From Escherichia phage vB_EcoM-Ro121c4YLVW: a stretch of 64,000 nt of DNA. Shown here one piece after another: positions 40,937 to 50,073 of this stretch. Position 1 is the first letter of the stretch. Each line of letters starts with the position of its first letter. The position numbers were made by a program, and so were the translations under genes. The notes beneath the pieces were generated by a model, which saw nothing but the letters and a program-made list of their open reading frames with translations, made no database searches and had not been told where the DNA came from. The stretch lies in the sequence record NC_052654.1. The stretch is one strand, 5' to 3'.

Positions 40937-43090
40937 CTATATATAAAATTTTTGTGTTGTTACTAAATCTTCTCCAGATTTAGTAGCTAATGTAATTCCA
41001 CTTATGGTAGCAATCTCAACATTTGCTTGTTTAAGAGTGATATCTTGCAAATAACAATTCAAAGGCACATTACCCATATAGAAAACTTGGGATTGAGAAT
41101 TAACTACCGTGATGGAATCATGCATTATTTGAGGATAGGCCCATATATATTGTGTAAGCCCATTGAACTTATTGGCGTTCAACACTATATTACCTATAAT
41201 CATTTTCCAAAGATACGTGCGGTAGTTTGATTCAGGATCGAAGCCATACAAAGGTGCAAGAGTAGCATCTGGAACAAAACCCGAAAGATAGTGAATATCA
41301 GAATATTCAAAACCTAATTTTTCATGTGGTATGGTAATTGCATCGAATGCTTTCATCATTTTACCTTCCAGAAGCCAGTCGTAACACTCTGAACAGTAAA
41401 AATCAAAAGTTTCAGGAATGTAGTAATCAGACGGAAAGTTAACTTTCTCCATCAAACCGTTGCCAATAATTGACGGTAAGAACGGAAGCAATGTTACTTT
41501 AGCCCCTGGATAAGTTGCTCTGGTGTCTGTTGCAAACTTTGTAACTCTTAACCCTAGTTTACGAGACAAAAATGCATAGTATTCGTCAAATGGTGTTCCT
41601 GTTTTATAATTATCTATTGTTCCTGCATCTTGTGCAAATAAGCCTGTTTCTGTATTGAATGCCAGTTTGGTAGTGTAATCATATATACAAGGCATTTTAC
41701 TTGCTGTATTATACCACCACCAAGGTTCACCAATTTGAATGACGACTGGAATATTGTTAGCTTGAGAAATAGATGCTATTTTGTTAATAACATTTTGCAA
41801 ATATTCCATGCCTTCGTCAATAGTTGGAGACAACACGTAACTAGGAGGCTTATACCCTGTTGCTGCAAGAGCATCGTTCCAATCATGCTGGACCCATTCA
41901 ACAGGACAAACTGTGCTCATCAACTCAAAACTTAAAGAGTTCATTATTGTGTAACCCTTCTCGTTCGCTATAGAATGGAAACTATTTAGCCAAGCTTCTG
42001 TAGCTGGATTCAGGAAGACAGATCTATTTAAAGCCCAAGATGTTCCGTTCCATGAGAACTCATAATAGTGAGACATTCCGTTGTAATGGTTAATCATTCC
42101 ACGATAACCTAGTGCATATGTATTATAAATAACTCTCTCTGGAGTCAGGTTATACATATCATCATAAGATGTGCACATGCGAATATCATGTTCAGGCTGG
42201 ACAAGGTTGCTGACTTTCATCATACTGTAACCAGAAGTAGGTTCAAGAAGAGTGAAAGTAAACCAAGCCTCTTGACTGGCAATAGGTACAATCTCTTCTA
42301 TTTCTTCATACCTTGCTGTAATCAAAGAGAAGAAAATATTATCTACAGCACTCATATCCAAAGGAATATCATTATTAGGGCCAGAAAAGATATTACCAAA
42401 ATCTAACTTTATTGTGGCTGTTTTACCATCTTCTGAAATATCTGAAGCGTAGAATCCTAAACTGACATAATGAACACTTTTATCCAGGAGAGTTACAGTC
42501 AAAGTCGGCACCAAAGGTTCTTCTTTAAAACCTGGCATGTTTTGACTAATTTCCATTTTAAACCAAAGTTTCTCTGAACTTAAATCTGTGTGAGGCAAAT
42601 ACCCAACACCTTTATGGTCATATTTGTCAACTGTGCTCCAAATAACCCCTGCCAAACCTGCTGTTGTTCTGTTTACAAATCTTGCAGTAAAAGAGTCTCC
42701 ATGAGATACAATAGAACAACTTTCCGTTGCTTGAGAATCTATTGTCCAATACATAGGAGAGAACATTTTAACGTCTTTTGTAGTCCAAGTTATTGGAGTA
42801 GTATTTTCTTGGATAGTAGTTATAATACAATTGATGGTTGTTTCAACCATCATGTTATTTTGACTAATCCCTGAAACTTGGAGGGAGAAGTTAAGATCTA
42901 TTGAGTTCTTTGGTCGTTCAAATACTTCAACCACAATAGTAGCAGAATCAGCATCATCAGGGAACACAAGTGTTCCCGATTTTGCAATATAATCTCTACC
43001 AGCGACTGCTGTTCCGTCAACAGTCGTGTAGTTAAATGAACTCGCATTTACTCTCTTGTCTCGCGTGACAGTAAATATAGCTTGTTTCAT
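40937..43090 (-). CDS. Tail-associated protein with an N-terminal Calx-beta domain and a glycosidase-like (TIM-barrel-like) body
   Basis: FTVTRDKRVNASSFNYTTVDGTAVAGRDYIAKSGTLVFPDDADSATIVVEVF fits Calx-beta. The later segment NIPVVIQIGEPWWWYN and its surroundings suggest a TIM-barrel enzyme, but that is tentative. Confidence 0.6.
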   Translation of the reverse strand: MKQAIFTVTRDKRVNASSFNYTTVDGTAVAGRDYIAKSGTLVFPDDADSATIVVEVFERPKNSIDLNFSLQVSGISQNNMMVETTINCIITTIQENTTPITWTTKDVKMFSPMYWTIDSQATESCSIVSHGDSFTARFVNRTTAGLAGVIWSTVDKYDHKGVGYLPHTDLSSEKLWFKMEISQNMPGFKEEPLVPTLTVTLLDKSVHYVSLGFYASDISEDGKTATIKLDFGNIFSGPNNDIPLDMSAVDNIFFSLITARYEEIEEIVPIASQEAWFTFTLLEPTSGYSMMKVSNLVQPEHDIRMCTSYDDMYNLTPERVIYNTYALGYRGMINHYNGMSHYYEFSWNGTSWALNRSVFLNPATEAWLNSFHSIANEKGYTIMNSLSFELMSTVCPVEWVQHDWNDALAATGYKPPSYVLSPTIDEGMEYLQNVINKIASISQANNIPVVIQIGEPWWWYNTASKMPCIYDYTTKLAFNTETGLFAQDAGTIDNYKTGTPFDEYYAFLSRKLGLRVTKFATDTRATYPGAKVTLLPFLPSIIGNGLMEKVNFPSDYYIPETFDFYCSECYDWLLEGKMMKAFDAITIPHEKLGFEYSDIHYLSGFVPDATLAPLYGFDPESNYRTYLWKMIIGNIVLNANKFNGLTQYIWAYPQIMHDSITVVNSQSQVFYMGNVPLNCYLQDITLKQANVEIATISGITLATKSGEDLVTTQKFYI

Positions 43091-43098
43091 TTTACCCC

Positions 43099-45975
43099 TT
43101 ACTCGGTAACGTCCACACTAATGTTTGCCATTGTCAAAACAGTAAGTGCAGGAATATTGCTCGAATCCAAAACAGGTAATGCATTTTGGGGATTAAGTTT
43201 TTTGTATAAAGCATACAACCCAAAACCACGTAACAACTCTCCAGCGTGGAAGCCAAAGAAGACTCCGTTATCACTGTCTGGTCTAGGAGCAGCACTCCAA
43301 CAACCATTCATAACGTGATTAGGACCAAGAACAATATAGTTTTCCTGAATAAGTTCAAAACAGCGGTCTGCTACTATTTTAATGTTAGGAATTTCTGAAT
43401 CATATCCAGCCATCCCCATTATAGCACATCCCGCCATAAAGAGCGCAGACATGTGACTTGTAAAATCATCTACAGGCGCAGCCACTTCTCCATTGGGATA
43501 AAATATTGTTGGTGTTCTTCCTTCGTTGTTATCTTGGAACCACTTCAGATAGTTGATCCAGTTTTTACAAACTGTTAAAAGTTTTTCAGGAACTTCTGCT
43601 CCTCGTTGTTTCAGTTCGTATACTGTATGACACGCACAGAAGAATGCTCGTGCTTCATAACCATCCCAAGCTTTATCGTTCCAATGATACATTGTGAACT
43701 CATTCTTGTTTCCGTATTTATGAGCATCCCAACGATCCCAAACATAAGCTTGTGCCATTGGCCCAGGCATCACAGGGGCAAACTTATTATAAAACCACAT
43801 TTGTGAATCATATAAAAAGTCTATACTGTTGTTCATACGAACCCAGTCAATATCTCTCCCTTTAAAACAATATAAGGATGGGTATTGATAACCTGGGTAA
43901 GGAATACCACGCCAACCGTCATATAATGCTGTGTTAGGATCACTAATATTGGAAAATGGAATGATTCCTGGAGTATAATTCAAACTGTCAAGTTTATAGT
44001 CCAGTATTGTACAATCTCCAAGTTTTGCTGTATAAGGATTTTCAGATGAAACTGTAACCCTGAAATACATTGTGTAATCATCGCCAGCGGCTGAAGAATA
44101 CAAAGATGGGATATCGTTAACGCAATAAAAGTCGATTGCCCCTGTCAAGCCATTTGCAGGTTCAGAATCCAATGCAATGTTGATCTGATCAACAGTAGTC
44201 AGGTTTATTGACGAAGGTTTTGTCTCTGTGTCATTGTGATTAGGTTGCCAAGTGCTTAATTTGAAATCAGCAGGACTTAAAGCTTTAGTAACCCATGCAG
44301 AATTTGTTTTTTCTAACATGGCCCACCATCTCCAACCTGCGGAATCCGTAATAGTGATGTTAAAATCATCTGCGTATGAACGATATGTAATAGATTTTAA
44401 ATTGGCTGTTTTAGTTGGTGTTAACCAAAACCCAACAGTAAAACCACCATCTGAATCCATATTAGCAGAAACTATCTGATCACTATTTGTCCCAGCAATA
44501 CCAGTTGCATATTTATATTGTATCACAGTATTGCTTCCCCAGTCAACAATAATTCTGGGTTCAGCAATAATATATACACCACCTCCAGGAGGTTCGGTGC
44601 GCATAAAACTAGATAAAGGTATATCCATCTTAGTCATATTAGCTGCACCAAGAGGTAAGCCACAACGATATGTCACTGTGTCTGTTTCACTCTTAGTTTT
44701 GCTTAATTCTAGCTCTGGACGGAAAAGAACACCTTCCCCTGCATCATCTACACCTTGAAACTCAATACGCAGTTTTGAATTCTGATCTACTCTGAACCAA
44801 ACTGCCTGTTGTTCTAGAGTTGTTTGTGCTGAAACATCTTGGCGAATTACTGTGTATCCTAATTCGTCACGAGAATATTTAGGTATTGCTGTAGATGGGT
44901 ATGAGTAATCATACGAGATACCATCTGTAAAAGGAATTATTGCTGTCGTAGATCTACGGAAGAATTTATCAAACATATCGATGTTTGAGTAGTCTTGACA
45001 CAACAATAAAGAAGATTGCCAGCAAAGCCAGTATTTTCTCTCTCCTGTGATCTGATACATCAAGTAGTTTGCATCACACCACCACGTTTCAGCATCGGAA
45101 GCATTATCTTGATAGCCTAACTCTACCGGAACGTTTACAGGACGGTTATGCCACATCTCATTACGCTTAAGCAGATATCCACCGTGTTCTACAGGATTGC
45201 ATGTAGCGTAGTTGAATTTATAGTCCCCGTTCACAGAAGCATTTTTAAGTTGCACTGTTCCATATTCTGCAAAGCTATGACCAGTAGATAAAATGTTACC
45301 ATCCCAATCAACTTTACGTCCTAGACGGTCTATAATCCATTCAACGTCCCACTGATCTCCATATTCTTTCCAGTTGGTTGAACCATCTGGGTTAGTTGCA
45401 TAAACTGTTGCGTTAACGGAGTTCCAACCAAGATTGCCATTGAAAGCAAACCAAGCTTTATCTAAGTATTCCCCCCAATGCGGTGCACCTTTAGGAATAA
45501 CAGTCCTTCCGTTAATCCAAGTCATCATGCTACCTTTGAACCCGCCGTGCGTAGGATACCCATCATCTGTGAGAGGGTAATGTGCTAAACGTGGTTCTTT
45601 ACCATTGATGATCCAGTTGGGACGATATTTAGCTGGAGGATCAGGAATAGGTTGGCCCCCGAAGAAGTGATCTATGTAGGCTTGCCAATACTTCTCGGCA
45701 GATTCAAGATATTTTTTATCCCCTGTAGCCAAATATGTATAAGCAAAACCAGTGATAAGCACAGATTGACCTTCGGTAGTAGCGTCACCGTTTGGTTGCC
45801 CTTCCTGCGCTGTCCAGTTAATAAAGTGTCTGTTGTTCGCCAATACGTTTTGTGGGTTGATAATGTAATGCTGAACCGTAGGATCTATGGTAAGCCCAGT
45901 ATTTCTTTCCAAAAACTGAACCAACCCTTCAATCAACTGAAACGTGTTGTCAATATTGTGCTTAACTTTTGACAT
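43099..45975 (-). CDS. Large tail-associated protein, possibly an alpha/alpha-toroid polysaccharide-degrading enzyme
   Basis: 958 aa. Helical repeat signatures are GFAYTYLATGDKKYLESAEKYWQAY and ALFMAGCAIMGMAGYD...GFHAGELLRGFGLYALY. Only its position in the baseplate/fibre block supports a structural role. Confidence 0.45.
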   Translation of the reverse strand: MSKVKHNIDNTFQLIEGLVQFLERNTGLTIDPTVQHYIINPQNVLANNRHFINWTAQEGQPNGDATTEGQSVLITGFAYTYLATGDKKYLESAEKYWQAYIDHFFGGQPIPDPPAKYRPNWIINGKEPRLAHYPLTDDGYPTHGGFKGSMMTWINGRTVIPKGAPHWGEYLDKAWFAFNGNLGWNSVNATVYATNPDGSTNWKEYGDQWDVEWIIDRLGRKVDWDGNILSTGHSFAEYGTVQLKNASVNGDYKFNYATCNPVEHGGYLLKRNEMWHNRPVNVPVELGYQDNASDAETWWCDANYLMYQITGERKYWLCWQSSLLLCQDYSNIDMFDKFFRRSTTAIIPFTDGISYDYSYPSTAIPKYSRDELGYTVIRQDVSAQTTLEQQAVWFRVDQNSKLRIEFQGVDDAGEGVLFRPELELSKTKSETDTVTYRCGLPLGAANMTKMDIPLSSFMRTEPPGGGVYIIAEPRIIVDWGSNTVIQYKYATGIAGTNSDQIVSANMDSDGGFTVGFWLTPTKTANLKSITYRSYADDFNITITDSAGWRWWAMLEKTNSAWVTKALSPADFKLSTWQPNHNDTETKPSSINLTTVDQINIALDSEPANGLTGAIDFYCVNDIPSLYSSAAGDDYTMYFRVTVSSENPYTAKLGDCTILDYKLDSLNYTPGIIPFSNISDPNTALYDGWRGIPYPGYQYPSLYCFKGRDIDWVRMNNSIDFLYDSQMWFYNKFAPVMPGPMAQAYVWDRWDAHKYGNKNEFTMYHWNDKAWDGYEARAFFCACHTVYELKQRGAEVPEKLLTVCKNWINYLKWFQDNNEGRTPTIFYPNGEVAAPVDDFTSHMSALFMAGCAIMGMAGYDSEIPNIKIVADRCFELIQENYIVLGPNHVMNGCWSAAPRPDSDNGVFFGFHAGELLRGFGLYALYKKLNPQNALPVLDSSNIPALTVLTMANISVDVTE

Positions 45976-46448
45976 TAAATAACTCCTGCTAAAACTAAGC
46001 TACCTGTCCAAGTTGCTCCATTATCATAACTGATAAACTCAAAAGTGTCTGTTGCACCTTGACGATAACTCAAAACTGGGGAACGACCAAAACTCCATTT
46101 TACAGAAGAAGGCCATACGACTTTATTTGCACCACTTCCTTGACGCAAAGCTAAAGTAAAGTTTAAAACTGCATTTGTTGCTACTGGAATATTAGTAAAA
46201 CTAATTGTGCACGTTGCAGAAGATAAAGTTGCTGAAAAATATTCTGCCGAACTAATATCTAATGCCAGGGTGCTAGTTACTGTTCCCCGTGCATTCAGAC
46301 GGTTTCTAGTTACCCCTGCACCACTCAACAACACTTTCAAAGAAGTTTTCTTTGTTATTCCAGCCTGATCTGTTACAAAGAAATCTGTATCAGACACAGA
46401 GGTTGTTTGTGTAAGATCAGAAATTTTGATCGTAGTTAAATCTGCCAT
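45975..46448 (-). CDS. Small fibre/adaptor protein
   Basis: N-terminus IKISDLTQTTSVSDTDFFVTDQAGITKKTSLKVLL matches the same attachment motif as the 38640-40928 product. Confidence 0.5.
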   Translation of the reverse strand: MADLTTIKISDLTQTTSVSDTDFFVTDQAGITKKTSLKVLLSGAGVTRNRLNARGTVTSTLALDISSAEYFSATLSSATCTISFTNIPVATNAVLNFTLALRQGSGANKVVWPSSVKWSFGRSPVLSYRQGATDTFEFISYDNGATWTGSLVLAGVI

Positions 46449-47074
46449 TACTCTTCTACTCCTGTCATAGCTGTTATACCGAAATTATTGTTTGTAGCTA
46501 ATGCATCACCTTTTTCGTTAACCATGATTCTTTCCACTGCTGACTCTGTAGACCATTCATTCCACCAAGTAGAGTAGGTATCACGTGGCAAACCAACAAA
46601 GTTGATAAAGCGATAAAGTCTATTCGAATTCTCAACAATACTGTAAGCTTCACAAATGATCGCTGCATTGTCTTCACCAGCTTCAGGGTAAATAAACTCT
46701 TCAGAAGGTTGAGTATTGAATATAGATGTTACTGTATCTGCTCCTACTGTTACCATAACTGTCATTGAGTAATAACGTTGATCCATATCATAAGCAGATT
46801 TATAACTGTTTATTGTATCTATGTAAACGTTTTTGGCAATCTCTGCTAAAAATATTCTGTCTACAATATCTTTCTTTCTAGCAACACCAATAATCTCTTG
46901 TAAGTAAGGAACACCGAAGTTAGTATTTAAAAACCACTCCCCACGATACGTGTTCAGAGTTATCCCAAGAGTTTGTGCTGCAATTTCTGTTCTGGTTGTA
47001 GTGAGGACCAAATCCCCATCATCCATGATGAGGTCGTTGTTTGGCCCAAGTTTTAAGTCAAAAGGGATTCCCAT
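46448..47074 (-). CDS. Baseplate wedge protein, gp25/gpW-like
   Basis: GIPFDL....GDLVL......IAQTLGITLNTYRGEWFLNTNFGVPY fits the GPW/gp25 pattern, and there is an additional C-terminal extension. Confidence 0.7.
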   Translation of the reverse strand: MGIPFDLKLGPNNDLIMDDGDLVLTTTRTEIAAQTLGITLNTYRGEWFLNTNFGVPYLQEIIGVARKKDIVDRIFLAEIAKNVYIDTINSYKSAYDMDQRYYSMTVMVTVGADTVTSIFNTQPSEEFIYPEAGEDNAAIICEAYSIVENSNRLYRFINFVGLPRDTYSTWWNEWSTESAVERIMVNEKGDALATNNNFGITAMTGVEE

Positions 47075-47075
47075 G

Positions 47076-47810
47076 TTAGGCTCCTGTTGGTTTTAAGGAC
47101 TCGGCACTTGAGTTACCGCTCTGAATGTTACGAACCGTGTGCGTGTGAGTATGGAATCCGATGCCATTACCATCTGTCATCAAACCGTTCTGATCTATTT
47201 TAAGACCATTGATATCTGCCACGCCGCCTTTGAAAGTTAAATTACCACCTTTTAGATCCAAAGTCCCTATGCCATCTGTAATAGTAATACCGGAGGTAGT
47301 AATATCTATTTTCATCCCTTGACTATTCCATATTGAAATATTACCTGTAGGGTCGAAAGAAGCGTACGTGTTTTTGTTATTAGAAATAACTACCTTTTCA
47401 GAATCTACAGCTTCTGTTGAATCTGTTCCTGTAGCTATTTTGGGAATAAAACAAATAGGGTATAATCCACAAGGCTGCATAAAAGTGGATGATGAAGAGG
47501 TTTCTCCACTAGTTTGCAGTGCATTAGAAGGATCTCTTTCAGAAAATATAACAGTTCCTAAATCGCCAGCTTTAATAGGGAATGAGATTCTTCCTGTCCC
47601 ACCCCCATTAACCATAAAAGGAACATCTTCAAAAGTAGGATAATCTATTTCATCTTCACTAGATCGTGTGTTTTTAACAATAGATTCTAAAGTGACAGTT
47701 TTAGCACCATAATTAACGCCAGTCACACGGACTGGCAGGGCTGTATGGACTTCTGCTAATTGTTCTGTCATTAAGCCACGCATTGCTGTGACAAAATTCA
47801 ATGCATCCAT
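47076..47810 (-). CDS. Central baseplate spike (P2 gpV / phi92 gp138-like)
   Basis: An N-terminal OB-like region, then beta-helical repeats (ITITDGIGTLDLKGGNLTFKGGVADINGLKID), and an apex motif GFHTHTHTV (HxH repeats). Confidence 0.75.
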   Translation of the reverse strand: MDALNFVTAMRGLMTEQLAEVHTALPVRVTGVNYGAKTVTLESIVKNTRSSEDEIDYPTFEDVPFMVNGGGTGRISFPIKAGDLGTVIFSERDPSNALQTSGETSSSSTFMQPCGLYPICFIPKIATGTDSTEAVDSEKVVISNNKNTYASFDPTGNISIWNSQGMKIDITTSGITITDGIGTLDLKGGNLTFKGGVADINGLKIDQNGLMTDGNGIGFHTHTHTVRNIQSGNSSAESLKPTGA

Positions 47811-48820
47811 TATTTCTCCTTAGTCATTATTTCAGACACGGATACACATTCCACTTCAGTAACCCACTCTTTACCTTCTTTATCTCCGTTGTGAGAAACA
47901 GAAACTACTTTAAATGGACCATCATAATCTCGGCTTTTTAACCAGATTGTTTTTTCTGGTAATATTGCACCATTCATTTGGCATTTGAATTTAACACCAT
48001 CTGTAGGTTTCTTTGCCTTCTTAGAGGACTTGGTAACTTTTTTAGTAGGTTTTATATCGTTGTGGAATGGTTCTGGACTTCCTATCAGACCAGTTTCAGG
48101 GCTAATATAGGCGCTACGTGCACTAGACATTTGTGAACGAGGAGTGACATAAACAGATCCATCTTGTATTGACACATTGTGATCAATACTTTTACAAATA
48201 TGTTCTAGGTAATGTGAAGTGTTTCCACACATAGCTGTTGCTGAGGATAAGGTTTGATCATTATCTACGTGTATATTACCTTCTGTAGTTCCTAAATCCT
48301 TTACCAAATCTGTCACAACACGTTTGATTTTAGTTCCTTTTGGATAACTGCGGCTTGTTCTTGCTTCTGCAATGTTAATACCGCCATCCAAACAGTGTAA
48401 AGTGGTTTTCCTGTCTACCGAGTCAAAAGTGTCACTAACCCACTGGATAGTTCCTTTGAAGACCATAACCAACTCTTCACCTTCGTATCCTACCGCTAAA
48501 GCAACAGCCAAGTTATTTCGGATACCACGGTTTATATAGTTAACAGTATCATCCGAAAGGTTATAAACTACAATCTCTGCTTGGTTAGGATCTTTGTTAT
48601 TATCTTTCTTAATACTGAAGGTTATTTGATGGTCTTGCAACAAATACAAATTAGAAGAGGATTTTTCTGTTGTTCCTAACTTGGTATCCAAATCTACTGT
48701 AGATTTAAATGCCGAGTTCTTAGTTCTCTTCTGTATTGTGTTTGTGGCAGAACCAATTAATAATTTGTATGCCCTGTTTAAATTAGGGGCAGGAGCTTTT
48801 GTATACTCTCTTTCTGCCAT
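47810..48820 (-). CDS. Baseplate hub protein (gpD/XkdQ-like position)
   Basis: 336 aa, immediately upstream of the spike gene with an ATGA-type junction. This is mainly a positional call. Confidence 0.5.
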   Translation of the reverse strand: MAEREYTKAPAPNLNRAYKLLIGSATNTIQKRTKNSAFKSTVDLDTKLGTTEKSSSNLYLLQDHQITFSIKKDNNKDPNQAEIVVYNLSDDTVNYINRGIRNNLAVALAVGYEGEELVMVFKGTIQWVSDTFDSVDRKTTLHCLDGGINIAEARTSRSYPKGTKIKRVVTDLVKDLGTTEGNIHVDNDQTLSSATAMCGNTSHYLEHICKSIDHNVSIQDGSVYVTPRSQMSSARSAYISPETGLIGSPEPFHNDIKPTKKVTKSSKKAKKPTDGVKFKCQMNGAILPEKTIWLKSRDYDGPFKVVSVSHNGDKEGKEWVTEVECVSVSEIMTKEK

Positions 48821-48829
48821 ATTATCTCC

Positions 48830-49243
48830 TTACGCCTGATTAGGTTTGTTATCAATATAAACCAATACAAAACGTTTATCTCGACCTGTAGTTGTATACC
48901 CAGGACGACCATTAATCTTAACTGTATCTACTATATACAATTGACCATCTGGCACACTTTCAAGATATTTATAAGGTTTAAGAAGATCTAAACCATTTGT
49001 AACTTTGAAACTTATACTTGGATCATCTCCAGATAATCCTATCTGACATTGCCAAGACTCGTCCCTCGTGTTCCACCTTAAACGAATGTCATAATCAACT
49101 CCATCCAATGTAACTGTATATGTTTGATCAGGGTACTCTTCAGTTTTCAGATACCATGCAAAATAAGTAGAATGGTCCTCCAGATAAACTGCACTGTAGC
49201 CAGTATTACTTGTAGACCTTGTTGTTTTAGAATAAGTTGTCAC
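48830..49243 (-). CDS. Tail/baseplate-associated protein, function unassigned
   Basis: Lies between the tape measure and the hub genes. 137 aa. Confidence 0.45.
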   Translation of the reverse strand: MTTYSKTTRSTSNTGYSAVYLEDHSTYFAWYLKTEEYPDQTYTVTLDGVDYDIRLRWNTRDESWQCQIGLSGDDPSISFKVTNGLDLLKPYKYLESVPDGQLYIVDTVKINGRPGYTTTGRDKRFVLVYIDNKPNQA

Positions 49244-49245
49244 TA

Positions 49246-49947
49246 TTAACCTCCGTTGTTTGTTGGGGTATTAGTAGCTTCAGCAGTTCTTACTGTAATA
49301 TCTGACTTAGGACCATTAGAAGCGACTTGACCTTTCACATCACCACCAGTTGACTTATTTGGTGCTGTTTTTACAGCAATAGCATTAGTAGTGGCCTTAG
49401 AGACTAGACGAATTTGTTCGAACTCTAAATCAAATTGCATAGCAAATTCAGATTTATAATCATAAGAGTAGCCTTTCAGAATAACATTTTCAAAAGTCCT
49501 GTGTTCTGTCAAAAGAACTATTGGTTGTCTTGACTCAAATATTTGATCTAGATATTCTATTGCTTGAGAAATCCTTGCCCCATTTACACCTGCACTGTAT
49601 AATTGATCTCGCATAAGCCGAATTGGTGTTTCGGTAATTATACCTGAAAGTTTAAATCTGTTGTTTTTTATTTGAACGTGGTCACTTACATCCGATCCTG
49701 ATTCTACTGGAAAACTTGTAACATCTGCCTCACGAGTTACACCTACTTCAGGGACCGAATCGAAAGTAATTGCTTTAAAGTTTTGAATGTATTGATCACT
49801 TGAACTATTATAAACACTTGCTAAAATGCAGAAACCATTATCACCCTTTACAGTAGATGCCGAGGTATTTTTATTCTCGGTAGAGTTGATTTCCTGTTCT
49901 GCCTTATAGACGGCTCTCACCGACTGTTGTGGAGTCATTGCTGCCAT
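49246..49947 (-). CDS. Tail/baseplate-associated protein, function unassigned
   Basis: It is the first gene after the promoter that follows the tape measure gene. 233 aa. Confidence 0.45.
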   Translation of the reverse strand: MAAMTPQQSVRAVYKAEQEINSTENKNTSASTVKGDNGFCILASVYNSSSDQYIQNFKAITFDSVPEVGVTREADVTSFPVESGSDVSDHVQIKNNRFKLSGIITETPIRLMRDQLYSAGVNGARISQAIEYLDQIFESRQPIVLLTEHRTFENVILKGYSYDYKSEFAMQFDLEFEQIRLVSKATTNAIAVKTAPNKSTGGDVKGQVASNGPKSDITVRTAEATNTPTNNGG

Positions 49948-50006
49948 GATAACCTCGTAGTAATGATAATGCCAAAAGGAAGATGCAAGATCTTCCCATA
50001 TTGATT

Positions 50007-50036
50007 ATTGTAACACATATAGAAACTTCGTGTCAA
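50007..50036 (-). promoter_or_regulatory. Sigma70-like promoter for the baseplate operon
   Basis: Minus strand reads TTGACA (50036-50031), 18 nt spacer, TGtTACAAT (-10 at 50012-50007). Confidence 0.55.
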
Positions 50037-50044
50037 GGGAAACG

Positions 50045-50067
50045 AAAAAACCCCGCCGAAGCGAGGT
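50045..50067 (-). terminator. Rho-independent terminator after the tape measure gene
   Basis: Minus strand reads ACCTCGC-ttcg-GCGGGGT followed by tttttt. The stem has one mismatch. Confidence 0.65.
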
Positions 50068-50073
50068 ATTTTA

